Assembly: GCA_944372365.1 (NCBI GenBank)
Contig: CALVYP010000002.1
Span: 26,870 to 90,869 of the forward strand
Length of the DNA stretch: 64,000 nt
Direction: 5' to 3'
From: an uncultured Clostridia bacterium
GTDB taxonomy: Bacteria > Bacillota > Clostridia > Christensenellales > UBA1242
The stretch's first letter is position 1. Each line of letters opens with the position of its first letter. The translations under genes were made by a program, and so were the position numbers. This document shows positions 1 through 9,171 of this stretch, piece after piece. Below the pieces are notes generated by a model. It had not been told where the DNA came from. It did not search any database and worked only from the letters and a program-made list of their open reading frames with translations.

Positions 1-51
1 CAAAACACCATGGAATGAGTTTAAAATTTCAAAATATTTTGTGAGGTAAAG

Positions 52-1815
52 ATGAAACGCAGTGCGATTGCAGAAAAATATAAATGGGATTTAACCGCCT
101 ATGCAAAAGATGACGAAGATTTTTTATCTCGCACAAAAGCGCTTGCAAAATATCAAAACATTTTTAAAAGTTTTGAAGGCAAGCTCAGCGACGATGAAAA
201 ATTGCTTGAATTATTAAATCTTTCAAGCGAATATGAAAAGCAACTTTCGCTTTTATATTGTTATGCGATGCGCAAGCGTGACGAAGATTTAACAAATTCA
301 AAGGCGATTGAAAATTTGGGAGTGATTGAAAAAATTGCCAATCAAAACGCCATAGCCGCTGCATTTATCACCCCGGAAGTTGGCAAGTTTTCCAATCAAA
401 AACTCAATTTTTTAATGAAAAACGCAAAATTTTCGCATTTTAGGCTGTTTTTTAAGGATATTATCAAAGAAAAGCCACACATCTTGCCAAAAAGCGAAGA
501 GAAACTTCTCTCTGGCATGGGCGAGTTTTTGGGCGGCTTTTCAGACAATCACGATGCGTTTAGCGATGCGGATTTAAAACTGAGCGATGTCAAAGACAGC
601 CACAACAAGACTCACAAATTTACGCAGGCGCTATATTCAAAATTCATGCACAGCGCAGACAGAGAACTTAGAAAAAACGCCTTTGCCGAGCAAAACGCTG
701 CGTATGGCAGATATATAAATTTGCTTGCCTCAAACTATATCAACGAAGTTAAGGCCAACTGCTATTTTGCAAAAATCAGGCATTATTCCAGTGCGCTTGA
801 AAGTGCGATTGAGAGCGAGGATGCAAAAATTGAAGTTTACAAAACTTTGATTGAAAGCGTGCATGCAAATTTAAAATTGATGTATAACTACTATGCTAAA
901 AAACAAAAAATTTTGGGTTACGACAAGTTTTATATATATGATCAGTTTGCTCCGCTTAAAAAAATGGCAACCAAAACCTACACTTTCGAGCAGGCGATTG
1001 AACTTATCAAAAGGGCAGTCGCTCCGCTTGGAGAAGAATATGTTTCGCTGATCGACAGAGCGGTTAAAGAAAAGTGGATTGATGTTATGCCAAACGATGG
1101 CAAGGCTGGCGGGGCGTATTCATCTGGCGCATACGGCGCGCATCCCGTTGTGCTTACAAACTTTACTGGCGATTTACAGTCTGTCACAACGCTGGCGCAT
1201 GAGCTCGGCCACGCCATGCACTCATATTATTCAAATGCAAACAACATCTTTGAAGAGAGCGACTATGTGATTTTTGTTGCAGAAGTTGCAAGCACTGTAA
1301 ATGAGATGTTGGTTAGGTTTATGCTGCTTGACGATTGTAAAAGCAGGTTGCAAAAAGCCGCAATGATCGATGAAATTTTCAGCGACATCAAAAGCACAAT
1401 TTTCAGGCAGACTATGTTTGCCGAGTTTGAGCAGTGGGCGCATGAAGAGCATGAAGCTGGCAGGCCGCTTTCAAAAGAGAAGTTGTGCAAAAAATATTTC
1501 GAGCTAAACAAGTTGTATTTTGGCAAAGGCGTTGCGCTTACAAAAGAAACCCAATTTGAATGGGCAAGGATCCCACATTTTTATAGAGCCTTTTATGTTT
1601 ATAAATATGCCACTGGCCTAATCAGCGCTTTAAATATTGTTAGTAGAATTTTAAAAGGCGAAGAAGGGGCAAAAGAAAAGTATATAAACTTTTTGAAAAG
1701 TGGTTGCAAAAAAGGACCTGTTGAACTTTTGCAAGATGCAGGTGTTGATTTAGAAAAACAAATAACATTTGATGAAGTTTTCAAATTTTTGGAAGATTTA
1801 TTAAAACAGATGTAA
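52..1815 (+). CDS. pepF: Oligoendopeptidase F (M3B zinc metallopeptidase)
   Basis: 587-aa ORF with the HEXXH zinc motif HELGHAMH. Length and overall sequence pattern are typical of PepF. GAGGT SD lies just upstream of the ATG. Confidence 0.88.
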   Translation: MKRSAIAEKYKWDLTAYAKDDEDFLSRTKALAKYQNIFKSFEGKLSDDEKLLELLNLSSEYEKQLSLLYCYAMRKRDEDLTNSKAIENLGVIEKIANQNAIAAAFITPEVGKFSNQKLNFLMKNAKFSHFRLFFKDIIKEKPHILPKSEEKLLSGMGEFLGGFSDNHDAFSDADLKLSDVKDSHNKTHKFTQALYSKFMHSADRELRKNAFAEQNAAYGRYINLLASNYINEVKANCYFAKIRHYSSALESAIESEDAKIEVYKTLIESVHANLKLMYNYYAKKQKILGYDKFYIYDQFAPLKKMATKTYTFEQAIELIKRAVAPLGEEYVSLIDRAVKEKWIDVMPNDGKAGGAYSSGAYGAHPVVLTNFTGDLQSVTTLAHELGHAMHSYYSNANNIFEESDYVIFVAEVASTVNEMLVRFMLLDDCKSRLQKAAMIDEIFSDIKSTIFRQTMFAEFEQWAHEEHEAGRPLSKEKLCKKYFELNKLYFGKGVALTKETQFEWARIPHFYRAFYVYKYATGLISALNIVSRILKGEEGAKEKYINFLKSGCKKGPVELLQDAGVDLEKQITFDEVFKFLEDLLKQM

Positions 1816-1820
1816 AAAAA

Positions 1821-1845
1821 ATGCTTAAAAATTTAAGCATTTTTT
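1821..1845. terminator. Bidirectional rho-independent terminator between pepF and the small convergent gene
   Basis: Inverted repeat ATGCTTAAA / TTTAAGCAT, flanked by an A-run upstream and a T-run downstream. Confidence 0.5.
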
Positions 1846-2032
1846 AATTGCATTTTTGCCCAAGCAGAAATCCGCCCGCAAAAATAAGTAAACCGATTGG
1901 TATTGCAATGTTTAAATATCCGCAGCCGCATGTTGGTTGAATTGGCGGGCATGTCGGTGGCGGGCATGGCGGAATGGGTGGGCAGTGGCACGGCATGTCA
2001 AAATAGCAGCCGCTGTTGTAGCATTTTTTCAT
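1844..2032 (-). CDS. Small Cys/Pro-rich protein with a C-terminal hydrophobic helix (unknown function)
   Basis: 62-aa ORF with a GGGAGG SD 8 nt before the ATG. The first 38 residues hold 8 Cys and 11 Pro (CHCPPIPPCPPPTCPPIQPTCGC). A TM-like segment IAIPIGLLIFAGGFLLG follows. Confidence 0.5.
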   Translation of the reverse strand: MKKCYNSGCYFDMPCHCPPIPPCPPPTCPPIQPTCGCGYLNIAIPIGLLIFAGGFLLGQKCN

Positions 2033-2078
2033 AGTTAGGGCCTCCCATTTTCATGATATGCCCAAAACAATATTTTTG

Positions 2079-2834
2079 CTATTTGACAAAAATTTTGCCT
2101 ATAACCTTGATAAACAGCGATTTTGGAACTAGGCGAGAGATAAAATAAAGATATTTCTGTTTGCCGATGATGACCATTGGTTTAAGTTTTTTGCGTTCGA
2201 TAAATTTTGTCATCTTTTTAACCGCGCTTTCAACGCTCATGCGCTTATCTTCGTGGCTGTCGACAAATTCGGTGGATTTTTTCACGCTGTCGCCGTATCT
2301 ATCATTTGTTTCAAAATGTTTGACACGGTTTTTTGTGAAATTGGTTTTAACTTCACCAGGGCAGATTGCAGCAACCTGAATGCCTGTTTTTTTAAGTTCC
2401 ATTCTCAGCCCGTCGGTTATCATGTTTACTGCAGCTTTGCTTGCGCAGTAGTAGGATCTAAACGGCAGCGGGAATATGGCGCAAGTGGAAGAAATGTTTA
2501 TTATTTTGCTTTTTTGCTTCATGTGCGGCAGCGCATTTTTTATCACTCTTAAAAGCGCAAAAAAGTTAAGCTCAAACTGCGCGCGAACATCTTCTTCGCT
2601 GGTTAGTTCCACCGTGCCAGAAAGCCCGCGCCCTGCGCAGTTGATGAGTATATCAAACTGGATGTTTTCAAGTTTTTTAAATGTTTTTTCAAGCTGCTCG
2701 GCGTTGGTTATGTCGCATGGATAGTCGGGCGAAGATAACGAAAGGTTGAAAACCTTGTCACCTTTGATTTCAAAATATTCTTTCAATGCTTTTCCAATGC
2801 CGCTTGTGCCGCCGGTTAGTAAAATGTTTCTCAT
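2079..2834 (-). CDS. Short-chain dehydrogenase/reductase (SDR family oxidoreductase)
   Basis: Cofactor-binding motif TGGTSGIG at the N-terminus and catalytic YxxxK (YCASK). Start moved to the internal ATG (MRNILLTGG) preceded by AGGAG. Confidence 0.85.
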   Translation of the reverse strand: MRNILLTGGTSGIGKALKEYFEIKGDKVFNLSLSSPDYPCDITNAEQLEKTFKKLENIQFDILINCAGRGLSGTVELTSEEDVRAQFELNFFALLRVIKNALPHMKQKSKIINISSTCAIFPLPFRSYYCASKAAVNMITDGLRMELKKTGIQVAAICPGEVKTNFTKNRVKHFETNDRYGDSVKKSTEFVDSHEDKRMSVESAVKKMTKFIERKKLKPMVIIGKQKYLYFISRLVPKSLFIKVIGKIFVK

Positions 2835-2906
2835 TTTTGCTCCTAGCAAGATTATATCATAATTTTTTGTTTGCTCTAAACAATGTATTGATTTTTTTCT
2901 AAATTT

Positions 2907-3494
2907 TTGTATAATATATCTATCATGAACACAACAAAAGCAACTTTGGTTAGAGTAAGCGGCATATTTGCAATTTTAGACTGTTTTGTCAGTTTGATCA
3001 CTGGCATAGTTTTGCTTACAACAACTGGATATTTTGGTGAAGCGCTAACAGGCTCGGGCATGGCGCTTGCACCGTTCAACATCCCAAAAGAAGTTTTCAT
3101 CGCCGTTGGCGCAGTTTTAGTGGTTTTAAGCGTGGCATCCATCATTGGCGGCATTTTGCTGTTGCAAGTGACGGGCGCGGGCAGGGTTTTTAAAAACACA
3201 ACCGCAAAATATAGGGCGGGTTGCGCGCTTACAATAATTGGCGGGGCGTTCTTTTCGGTGGCTAGCCTGCTTTTATACATCTCGTTCTTCTTTAAAAACC
3301 AGCCAGCAGCGGAACTTAGAAGCGGCGAGTTTAACCAGCATACAGAATATGACGACGACAATCCATATGATGAAGACTACGAAACAAAGCGCAAGATAAG
3401 CCTTTTGCGAGAGTTAAAAAGCAAGGGTGCGATTTCTGACAATCAGTTTAAAGAGATGCTGTTGAATGTGATAAGTAAAAAAGAGCAAAACTAA
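2907..3494 (+). CDS. Membrane protein with a C-terminal SHOCT-like domain
   Basis: About 4 predicted TM helices. An acidic linker is followed by ISLLRELKSKGAISDNQFKEMLLNVI, which resembles the SHOCT short C-terminal domain. Confidence 0.55.
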   Translation: MYNISIMNTTKATLVRVSGIFAILDCFVSLITGIVLLTTTGYFGEALTGSGMALAPFNIPKEVFIAVGAVLVVLSVASIIGGILLLQVTGAGRVFKNTTAKYRAGCALTIIGGAFFSVASLLLYISFFFKNQPAAELRSGEFNQHTEYDDDNPYDEDYETKRKISLLRELKSKGAISDNQFKEMLLNVISKKEQN

Positions 3495-3934
3495 TTTGCT
3501 CTTCTTTTTTTCTCAAAAAATTTTGTTAAAAGCCTTCCTGCTTTTTCATCTGGCAGATAAACCAAATTGACTTTATGGTTAAGCCGCTGCGAAGTGGCAA
3601 TTTGTTGTGAAATATCGTCTTGCGACGAAGTTTGTTTTGCTGCAAAATACACATTTTTTATTCTCGCGTTGATTGCTGCGCCAAGGCACATAGGGCAGGG
3701 CTCTAAACTTACATACAAGTCGCACTCATCAAGCCGCCAGCTTTTAAGTTTTTTGCAGGCTTTTTGAATTGCGATAATCTCGGCGTGGAAAGTTGCGTTT
3801 TGGCTGCTTTCGCGTTTGTTATAGCCGCGCGAAATAATTTCGCCGTTTTTTACTATAACCGCGCCAACTGGAATTTCCTGTTTTTCAAATGCTTTTTGCG
3901 CTTGGGCGATTGCCGCCGACATATATTTATTCAT
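3491..3934 (-). CDS. tadA: tRNA-specific adenosine deaminase
   Basis: 147 aa with the cytidine/deoxycytidylate deaminase zinc motifs HAE(IIAI) and PCPMC. Confidence 0.9.
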   Translation of the reverse strand: MNKYMSAAIAQAQKAFEKQEIPVGAVIVKNGEIISRGYNKRESSQNATFHAEIIAIQKACKKLKSWRLDECDLYVSLEPCPMCLGAAINARIKNVYFAAKQTSSQDDISQQIATSQRLNHKVNLVYLPDEKAGRLLTKFFEKKRRAN

Positions 3935-3973
3935 GCTAAAATTTTAACTCATTTGCTTTGAAAAGTCCAGCAT

Positions 3974-5020
3974 ATGTTGTATACTTTTGTTATGTCGAAG
4001 CAAAAAATTACACCTCAAACTTTTGAGAAAGCAAAGTTCTATAACCCGAAGGATATGGGGATTGCATACATATGCGCTTTGGTTGCGCCATATGTTATTT
4101 CGCTTTTGCTGTTTTTAGTGTGCCAACTCGTCATCTCATCGGGTGTTCCAAAGGACGATGTTTATGCAAATGTTGCTTACATAATTTTTGCAGCAATTTG
4201 CTCGCCAGCGGCACTTGCGATTATGTTTTTTGCGTTTAACAAGGTTAAAAAAGTGGAATTTTCAGCTGCAAAGGTCAAGTTTAAACTTAGCACGCTTAAT
4301 TTGATTGTATGTTTTGCCGTGTCGCTGATCAGCGTGTTTGGGCTTATGTATTTAATCGGTGGAGTGGATTATCTCCTGCAACAATGGGGATACGATCTGC
4401 AACAAATTTCGCTGCCGATGGACAATTTTGGTTGGTTGGTGCTTGCGCTGATTTTGATGGCTGCGCTTCCTGCCATCTTTGAAGAATTGGTGTTTAGAGG
4501 CATGATTTTAAACGGGCTTAGAAAGGGCATGAGCGATGTTTGTGCGCTGATCTTTTCATCGTTGATGTTTGCGCTTATTCACGGCTCAATTCAGCAGTTT
4601 ATCTATCCGTTTTTGCTTGGGCTTGTGCTTGGCTGGCTGGCAATGCGAACGGGGTCAACTTTCACAAGCATGCTTGTTCACTTTTTAAACAACGCCATCG
4701 TGCTTATCATCAATTATTTCTCGGTAAGACATGGGCTGGACATGACTGTGGCTTACACAAACGCTTGGGTTTGGGTTGTTGCAGTGGTGGTTGCTTTGGT
4801 TGCAGGCGCATTGTTGTTTGTTATTGAAAAGTTCTATTTCAAAGGCAAAAATCAAGACGAGCAGCCGCAAGAAGAGCAGCCTGAGCAAGCAAAACCTAAA
4901 AAACAAAAAACGCAACCTGCTTCAATTAAAAACATGCCGCTTTCATTTTGGATAAGCATAGGCGTGGCAGTTGTTTTGTGCATAATTGGCTCGGCGCTTG
5001 GTTTTATGCCTGCCGCTTGA
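3974..5020 (+). CDS. CPBP family intramembrane glutamic endopeptidase (CAAX protease-like)
   Basis: Polytopic membrane protein with the CPBP motifs EELVFRG, FALIH and HFLNN. It has a Q/E/K-rich C-terminal tail. Confidence 0.8.
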   Translation: MLYTFVMSKQKITPQTFEKAKFYNPKDMGIAYICALVAPYVISLLLFLVCQLVISSGVPKDDVYANVAYIIFAAICSPAALAIMFFAFNKVKKVEFSAAKVKFKLSTLNLIVCFAVSLISVFGLMYLIGGVDYLLQQWGYDLQQISLPMDNFGWLVLALILMAALPAIFEELVFRGMILNGLRKGMSDVCALIFSSLMFALIHGSIQQFIYPFLLGLVLGWLAMRTGSTFTSMLVHFLNNAIVLIINYFSVRHGLDMTVAYTNAWVWVVAVVVALVAGALLFVIEKFYFKGKNQDEQPQEEQPEQAKPKKQKTQPASIKNMPLSFWISIGVAVVLCIIGSALGFMPAA

Positions 5021-5027
5021 AAAATGA

Positions 5028-6164
5028 ATGTATATTAAACAAAGGGAATATAATATAAGCATGCTCGAACAAAAAAAATCGTTTAATAGTGCAATGTTGG
5101 CGTATTTTATCATCGTCATTTTGTTTGTCACGCTTAGGCTTCTTTCATCGTTTGGCTTGCTTTCGTTTATGGGGAATGCAGGCGACTATGTTTTCACGCT
5201 TGTTGTGCAAGTGCTGTTGATGTTTGGGTGCAGCGTTGTGCTTTATTCGGCGTTTAAAAAGCAAAAAATCAAACGCACTTTTGGTGAATATGGCGTTAAA
5301 AAAGTTTCGGGCAAAATTGTGCTTTTGTGCATTGCGCTCGGTGCGGTTGTATATTTTTTAAACACCTACGTTTCAAGTGCGTTTAACGGGCTTATAGGGC
5401 TGTTTGGCTACGAGCATTCATCGGGAACGCCAATTTATTCCTATTCATTTGGTTCGCTTATTGTCAATGTGATTTTCACTGCGCTTTTGCCGGCGATTTG
5501 TGAAGAAATTGCGCATCGCGGCATGCTTTTAAAATCACTTTCTCCACTTGGCGTAAGCAAGGCAATATGGATTTCAGCAATATTCTTTGGGCTTATGCAT
5601 TTAAATATAGAGCAGTTTTTCTATGCCACAATAATCGGGTTGTTTTTAGGGTTTTTAACGCTTGTTTCAAACTCAATTATTCCTGCGATGATCGTGCATT
5701 TTATGAACAACTTTTTAAGCACCTACCTTGTGTTTTCACAGGTAAACGGTCTGCCGATAGGAAGGGTTGTTATATGGTTTGAGAGCGTGCTTTCATCAAA
5801 TGTTTTTATAGCTGTAATTTTGACTATGTTGTTTATCGCTGTGCTGCTTTACTTGTTGTATTATCTCACTCGCAAAATTGGCTCGATGAGCTTGGAAAAA
5901 GACATCGCTCTTATGCAGCAAGAATTTGGCAGGCAGCTTTTAAGAGAAGCATATTTAATTGATCTTGAAAATGCCAAAAATCAGCTGACAGGAGAACAGC
6001 CACAAAGCGACTCGCTTGAACGGCTTAAACAGTTTGTTGTTTTTGATGATGGCGCAGTAAAAAACAAGTTTGTCATGCCAAAATATGGAAAGCTTTTGCT
6101 TGCGGTTACAATGGGGCTTGGCGTTGTGCTTACAATCTGCACATTTGTTTGGGGTGCGCTATGA
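5028..6164 (+). CDS. CPBP family intramembrane glutamic endopeptidase (second, tandem copy)
   Basis: Motifs CEEIAHRG, FGLMH and HFMNN in a polytopic membrane protein. The true start may be the internal ATG at 5061. Confidence 0.8.
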   Translation: MYIKQREYNISMLEQKKSFNSAMLAYFIIVILFVTLRLLSSFGLLSFMGNAGDYVFTLVVQVLLMFGCSVVLYSAFKKQKIKRTFGEYGVKKVSGKIVLLCIALGAVVYFLNTYVSSAFNGLIGLFGYEHSSGTPIYSYSFGSLIVNVIFTALLPAICEEIAHRGMLLKSLSPLGVSKAIWISAIFFGLMHLNIEQFFYATIIGLFLGFLTLVSNSIIPAMIVHFMNNFLSTYLVFSQVNGLPIGRVVIWFESVLSSNVFIAVILTMLFIAVLLYLLYYLTRKIGSMSLEKDIALMQQEFGRQLLREAYLIDLENAKNQLTGEQPQSDSLERLKQFVVFDDGAVKNKFVMPKYGKLLLAVTMGLGVVLTICTFVWGAL

Positions 6165-6619
6165 TTACAATCAATTTGCTTTGTGTTGGAAATTTAAAAG
6201 AAAAATTTTGGGTTGATGCCCAAAATGAATACATAAAACGCTTGCAAAAATTTTGTAAGTTTAATGTCATTGAAGTTGAAGAAAAAAATGTCGCGTCTTC
6301 GCCAAAGGATATTTTGCAAAAAGAGCAAAAACTTATTTTGGATAAATGCAAAGGCTGCTGCATTTTGTTTGATGTAAACGGACAGCAGATTTCAAGTGAA
6401 GATTTAAGCGTGCTGATCCAAAAACTCAGTCTTACCAGCAGCGAAATAACATTCATCATTGGTGGCTCTTATGGCGTGGGTGACGGCGTAAAAAATGCAG
6501 TGGCAAAAAAGTTGAGTTTTGGAAAAATAACCTTGCCGCACAACCTTGCAAGAATTGTTGCCATCGAACAAATTTATCGCGCTTTCAACATCGCAAATAA
6601 AACAAGCTATCATAAATAA
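6161..6619 (+). CDS. rlmH: 23S rRNA (pseudouridine1915-N3)-methyltransferase
   Basis: About 152 aa with a SPOUT-family pattern: MITINLLCVGNLKEKFW at the N-terminus, then IGGSYG and a C-terminal LPHNLARIVAIEQIYRA. Start moved to MITIN. Confidence 0.88.
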   Translation: MITINLLCVGNLKEKFWVDAQNEYIKRLQKFCKFNVIEVEEKNVASSPKDILQKEQKLILDKCKGCCILFDVNGQQISSEDLSVLIQKLSLTSSEITFIIGGSYGVGDGVKNAVAKKLSFGKITLPHNLARIVAIEQIYRAFNIANKTSYHK

Positions 6620-6644
6620 TCGCATGTTGGGGTGCAGGCTGGAC

Positions 6645-6715
6645 GGCAAGCCGCTTTAGCGGCTTGCCTTTTTTGTTGGCTGCGCCAACAAAAAAATCTC
6701 TTGCTGCGCAAGAGA
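6645..6715. terminator. Cluster of three GC-rich hairpins acting as convergent terminators
   Basis: GGCAAGCCGC-TTTA-GCGGCTTGCC followed by T6. Then GTTGGC-TGC-GCCAAC followed by A7. Then TCTCTTGC-TGC-GCAAGAGA. On the minus strand the third hairpin is followed by T7. Confidence 0.6.
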
Positions 6716-6735
6716 TTGTCCAGCCCGCCTTGCAA

Positions 6736-7338
6736 TCACAAATATTTTTCAATTTCATCTCTATGTGCAAAGGCATATTCAACCGCCTGTTGATGCGCTT
6801 CATCAACGCGCTTTGTGCCATGCGTTTTGCTTAGCAGAAAATGTATGCAAGTATGCCCATCCATGCCGGTGTTTTGAATGTAACTTTTGCCGTGCGGGTA
6901 GCCATTTATGCTTGCAGCAACAAAATTGCCGTCACCAAGCTCAACCCAAACCGGCCGCCGCGCCCAATTCCAAACGCCGCCATAAATTTGTTTGAAGATT
7001 GCAGTGTTTTCCATGTCGATGGGTTCAACATCCGCGTGGTTGTGTCCGCCGTTGCGATAGACATAATATGTAAGCCCGCTGTTGATGTCAATCACGCGGG
7101 TTTTTTGATATGTTTTAAACATAGTGTTTACAGTGTCAAACCAATTTAAATTTGAAACGCTTACTGGGGCGGAAGGCGAGGTAATATTTTCTTCACTTTC
7201 GTTGAAGTTGTTGATGTTGTAAACATCCTTTGAAGAAAGATTTGTATAGTTTGAAAACAGCGGATACGGCAAAATGCATGTCGTCAGCCCACATGTGATA
7301 AGCACGATTATTGCATAAAGCGGAAAAAACTTTTTCAT
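6736..7338 (-). CDS. Exported hypothetical protein (possible YkuD-like fold; very tentative)
   Basis: 200 aa with the N-terminal signal/anchor MKKFFPLYAIIVLITCGLTTC. The C-terminal half has His-rich conserved-looking blocks (NGGHNHADVEP, YPHGKSY, GMDGHTCIHF). No confident family assignment. Confidence 0.55.
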   Translation of the reverse strand: MKKFFPLYAIIVLITCGLTTCILPYPLFSNYTNLSSKDVYNINNFNESEENITSPSAPVSVSNLNWFDTVNTMFKTYQKTRVIDINSGLTYYVYRNGGHNHADVEPIDMENTAIFKQIYGGVWNWARRPVWVELGDGNFVAASINGYPHGKSYIQNTGMDGHTCIHFLLSKTHGTKRVDEAHQQAVEYAFAHRDEIEKYL

Positions 7339-7387
7339 GGCATTATTTTGCGTAATTTTTTAAAAATTAAAAAAATATATTTATTTT

Positions 7388-8353
7388 GTGAAAAAAACTT
7401 TTTCTGCCACCATGATTGTCATTGGCACGGTGATTGGCTCAGGTTTTGCAAGCGGCAAGGAGATAGCCGTGTTTTTTTCAAGATTTGGAATAGTGTCATA
7501 TTTTTTTATCGCGTTAACTTTTTTTGCTTTCTTCACAATAATATATGCATTTTTCAGTTTAGGCGAAAAAGCATTAAAAAAACTTGAAAAATCAAGGTTT
7601 TTTTCAATTATTTGCATAATTATTTCACTAATTTTCACTTCTTCCATGTTTGCAGGAACAATAAATGTGCTTCCAGAGAGCGTATTTCTAAAAATTTGTT
7701 TTGCACTAATTTTGTTGGTTGTATGCTGTCGGGTGTCTAAGCGCGGAGTGCCAATGCTTGCAAAACTAAACAATTTGCTTATACCCGCCACGCTTGTTTG
7801 CTTGCTTATTGTGTTGATTTCAAATTTCAAAGGTGCAAATTTAAGTGTAAACATAAACCAAAACGCGTTTGCAGGTTTGTTTTTTGCGGTGCTTTATTGG
7901 GTGTTAAATTTTTCAATCAGCGGTTTGGTTATTGCAAAAACAGGGCTTGAAATGACAAAAAGGCAAAAAGTTTTGGCAAGTTTTTTTTCAAGCCTAATTC
8001 TTTCAGCCTTTTTGCTTCTCACAAATTTTGTGATTCTTTCAAACCCCGAAAGCATGCAGCAGGGCATGCCGCTTGTGTTTTTATCCAGCGGAGTGATGTC
8101 GGTTTTAATAAAGTTTGTTGTTTTTTCAGGATGCATCACCACGCTTTTTTCATTGGTGTTTACAACCGCCGAAACACTTAAAAGATTTAATTTTTCGCAA
8201 AAAGCAATCTATTTTGTGTCGATAATTTTTCCAGCAGCCCTTTCGCTTTTTGGCTTTGGTGCGATTGTCAGTTTGCTGTATCCTTTTGCAAGTGTTTTAG
8301 GGTTTTTTCTTTTGCTTGTGCTGTTTTTTTCTCCTCAAAAAAATTCATCTTAG
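7388..8353 (+). CDS. YkvI-family membrane protein (transporter-like)
   Basis: 321 aa and polytopic. The N-terminus VIGTVIGSGFASGKEIAVFF matches the signature I know from Bacillus YkvI-type proteins. GTG start. Confidence 0.6.
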   Translation: MKKTFSATMIVIGTVIGSGFASGKEIAVFFSRFGIVSYFFIALTFFAFFTIIYAFFSLGEKALKKLEKSRFFSIICIIISLIFTSSMFAGTINVLPESVFLKICFALILLVVCCRVSKRGVPMLAKLNNLLIPATLVCLLIVLISNFKGANLSVNINQNAFAGLFFAVLYWVLNFSISGLVIAKTGLEMTKRQKVLASFFSSLILSAFLLLTNFVILSNPESMQQGMPLVFLSSGVMSVLIKFVVFSGCITTLFSLVFTTAETLKRFNFSQKAIYFVSIIFPAALSLFGFGAIVSLLYPFASVLGFFLLLVLFFSPQKNSS

Positions 8354-9171
8354 CGCTTGTGCCATTTTTCAAGCATGCAAATTGCAAAATACATAGCCGC
8401 TGCCAGCAAGCACAGCAAAACTGTGCTTGTCATAACCAGATCGATGTTAAAAATTTGGCTTCCATAAACGATTAAGTAACCCAAACCTGCACTTGATGAA
8501 AGATATTCACCCATAATAGTTCCAACCCAACTCATGCCGACGTTTATTTTTAAAACAGATATAAATTCATTTGTAGCGTTGGGGAGAATGAGCTTCCAAA
8601 AAATTTGGAATTTGTTTGCGTGCATAGATTTCATCAGTTGAATTTTATCTGTGTCGCAAGAGATAAACGCGTTAAGCATGGAAATTGTGGTTAAAACTAT
8701 GCATATAAGCACACACATTGTTATTATTGCGCTCATGCCAGAGCCAACCCAAAGGATAATAATAGGGCCAAGCGCAATTTTTGGAAGTGAATTTATCACC
8801 ACAATGTAAGGTTCTAGAATTTTTCTTAGTCGTCTGTTCCACCAAAGCAAAATTGCAATAAGCGTTCCGCCCAAAGTAGCGATCACAAAACCCACCAAAG
8901 TTTCAAGCAGGGTTATGCCAATATGTTGCCATATCGATCCATCTTGCACCATGCTTATAAACATATTAAACACTCTTGATGGGCTGCTAACGAAAAATGG
9001 ATCAACAACGCTGGTTGCTGCAAAAAGTTCCCATAAGCCAATTATTGCAACTAAAATTAAAATTTGAAAACAAATTACAAAAATTTTATCATTTGCAAGT
9101 TTTTTCAAATATTTTTCGTGCGCTTTGGAATATGGCGCAGCAGGTGATGGTTTAATCTTTTTGTTTTTCAT
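8350..9171 (-). CDS. ABC transporter permease (NitT/TauT-like importer family)
   Basis: 273 aa with about 6 TM helices. It overlaps the upstream ATPase gene, so the two are coupled. Pattern is typical of binding-protein-dependent permeases. Confidence 0.8.
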   Translation of the reverse strand: MKNKKIKPSPAAPYSKAHEKYLKKLANDKIFVICFQILILVAIIGLWELFAATSVVDPFFVSSPSRVFNMFISMVQDGSIWQHIGITLLETLVGFVIATLGGTLIAILLWWNRRLRKILEPYIVVINSLPKIALGPIIILWVGSGMSAIITMCVLICIVLTTISMLNAFISCDTDKIQLMKSMHANKFQIFWKLILPNATNEFISVLKINVGMSWVGTIMGEYLSSSAGLGYLIVYGSQIFNIDLVMTSTVLLCLLAAAMYFAICMLEKWHKR

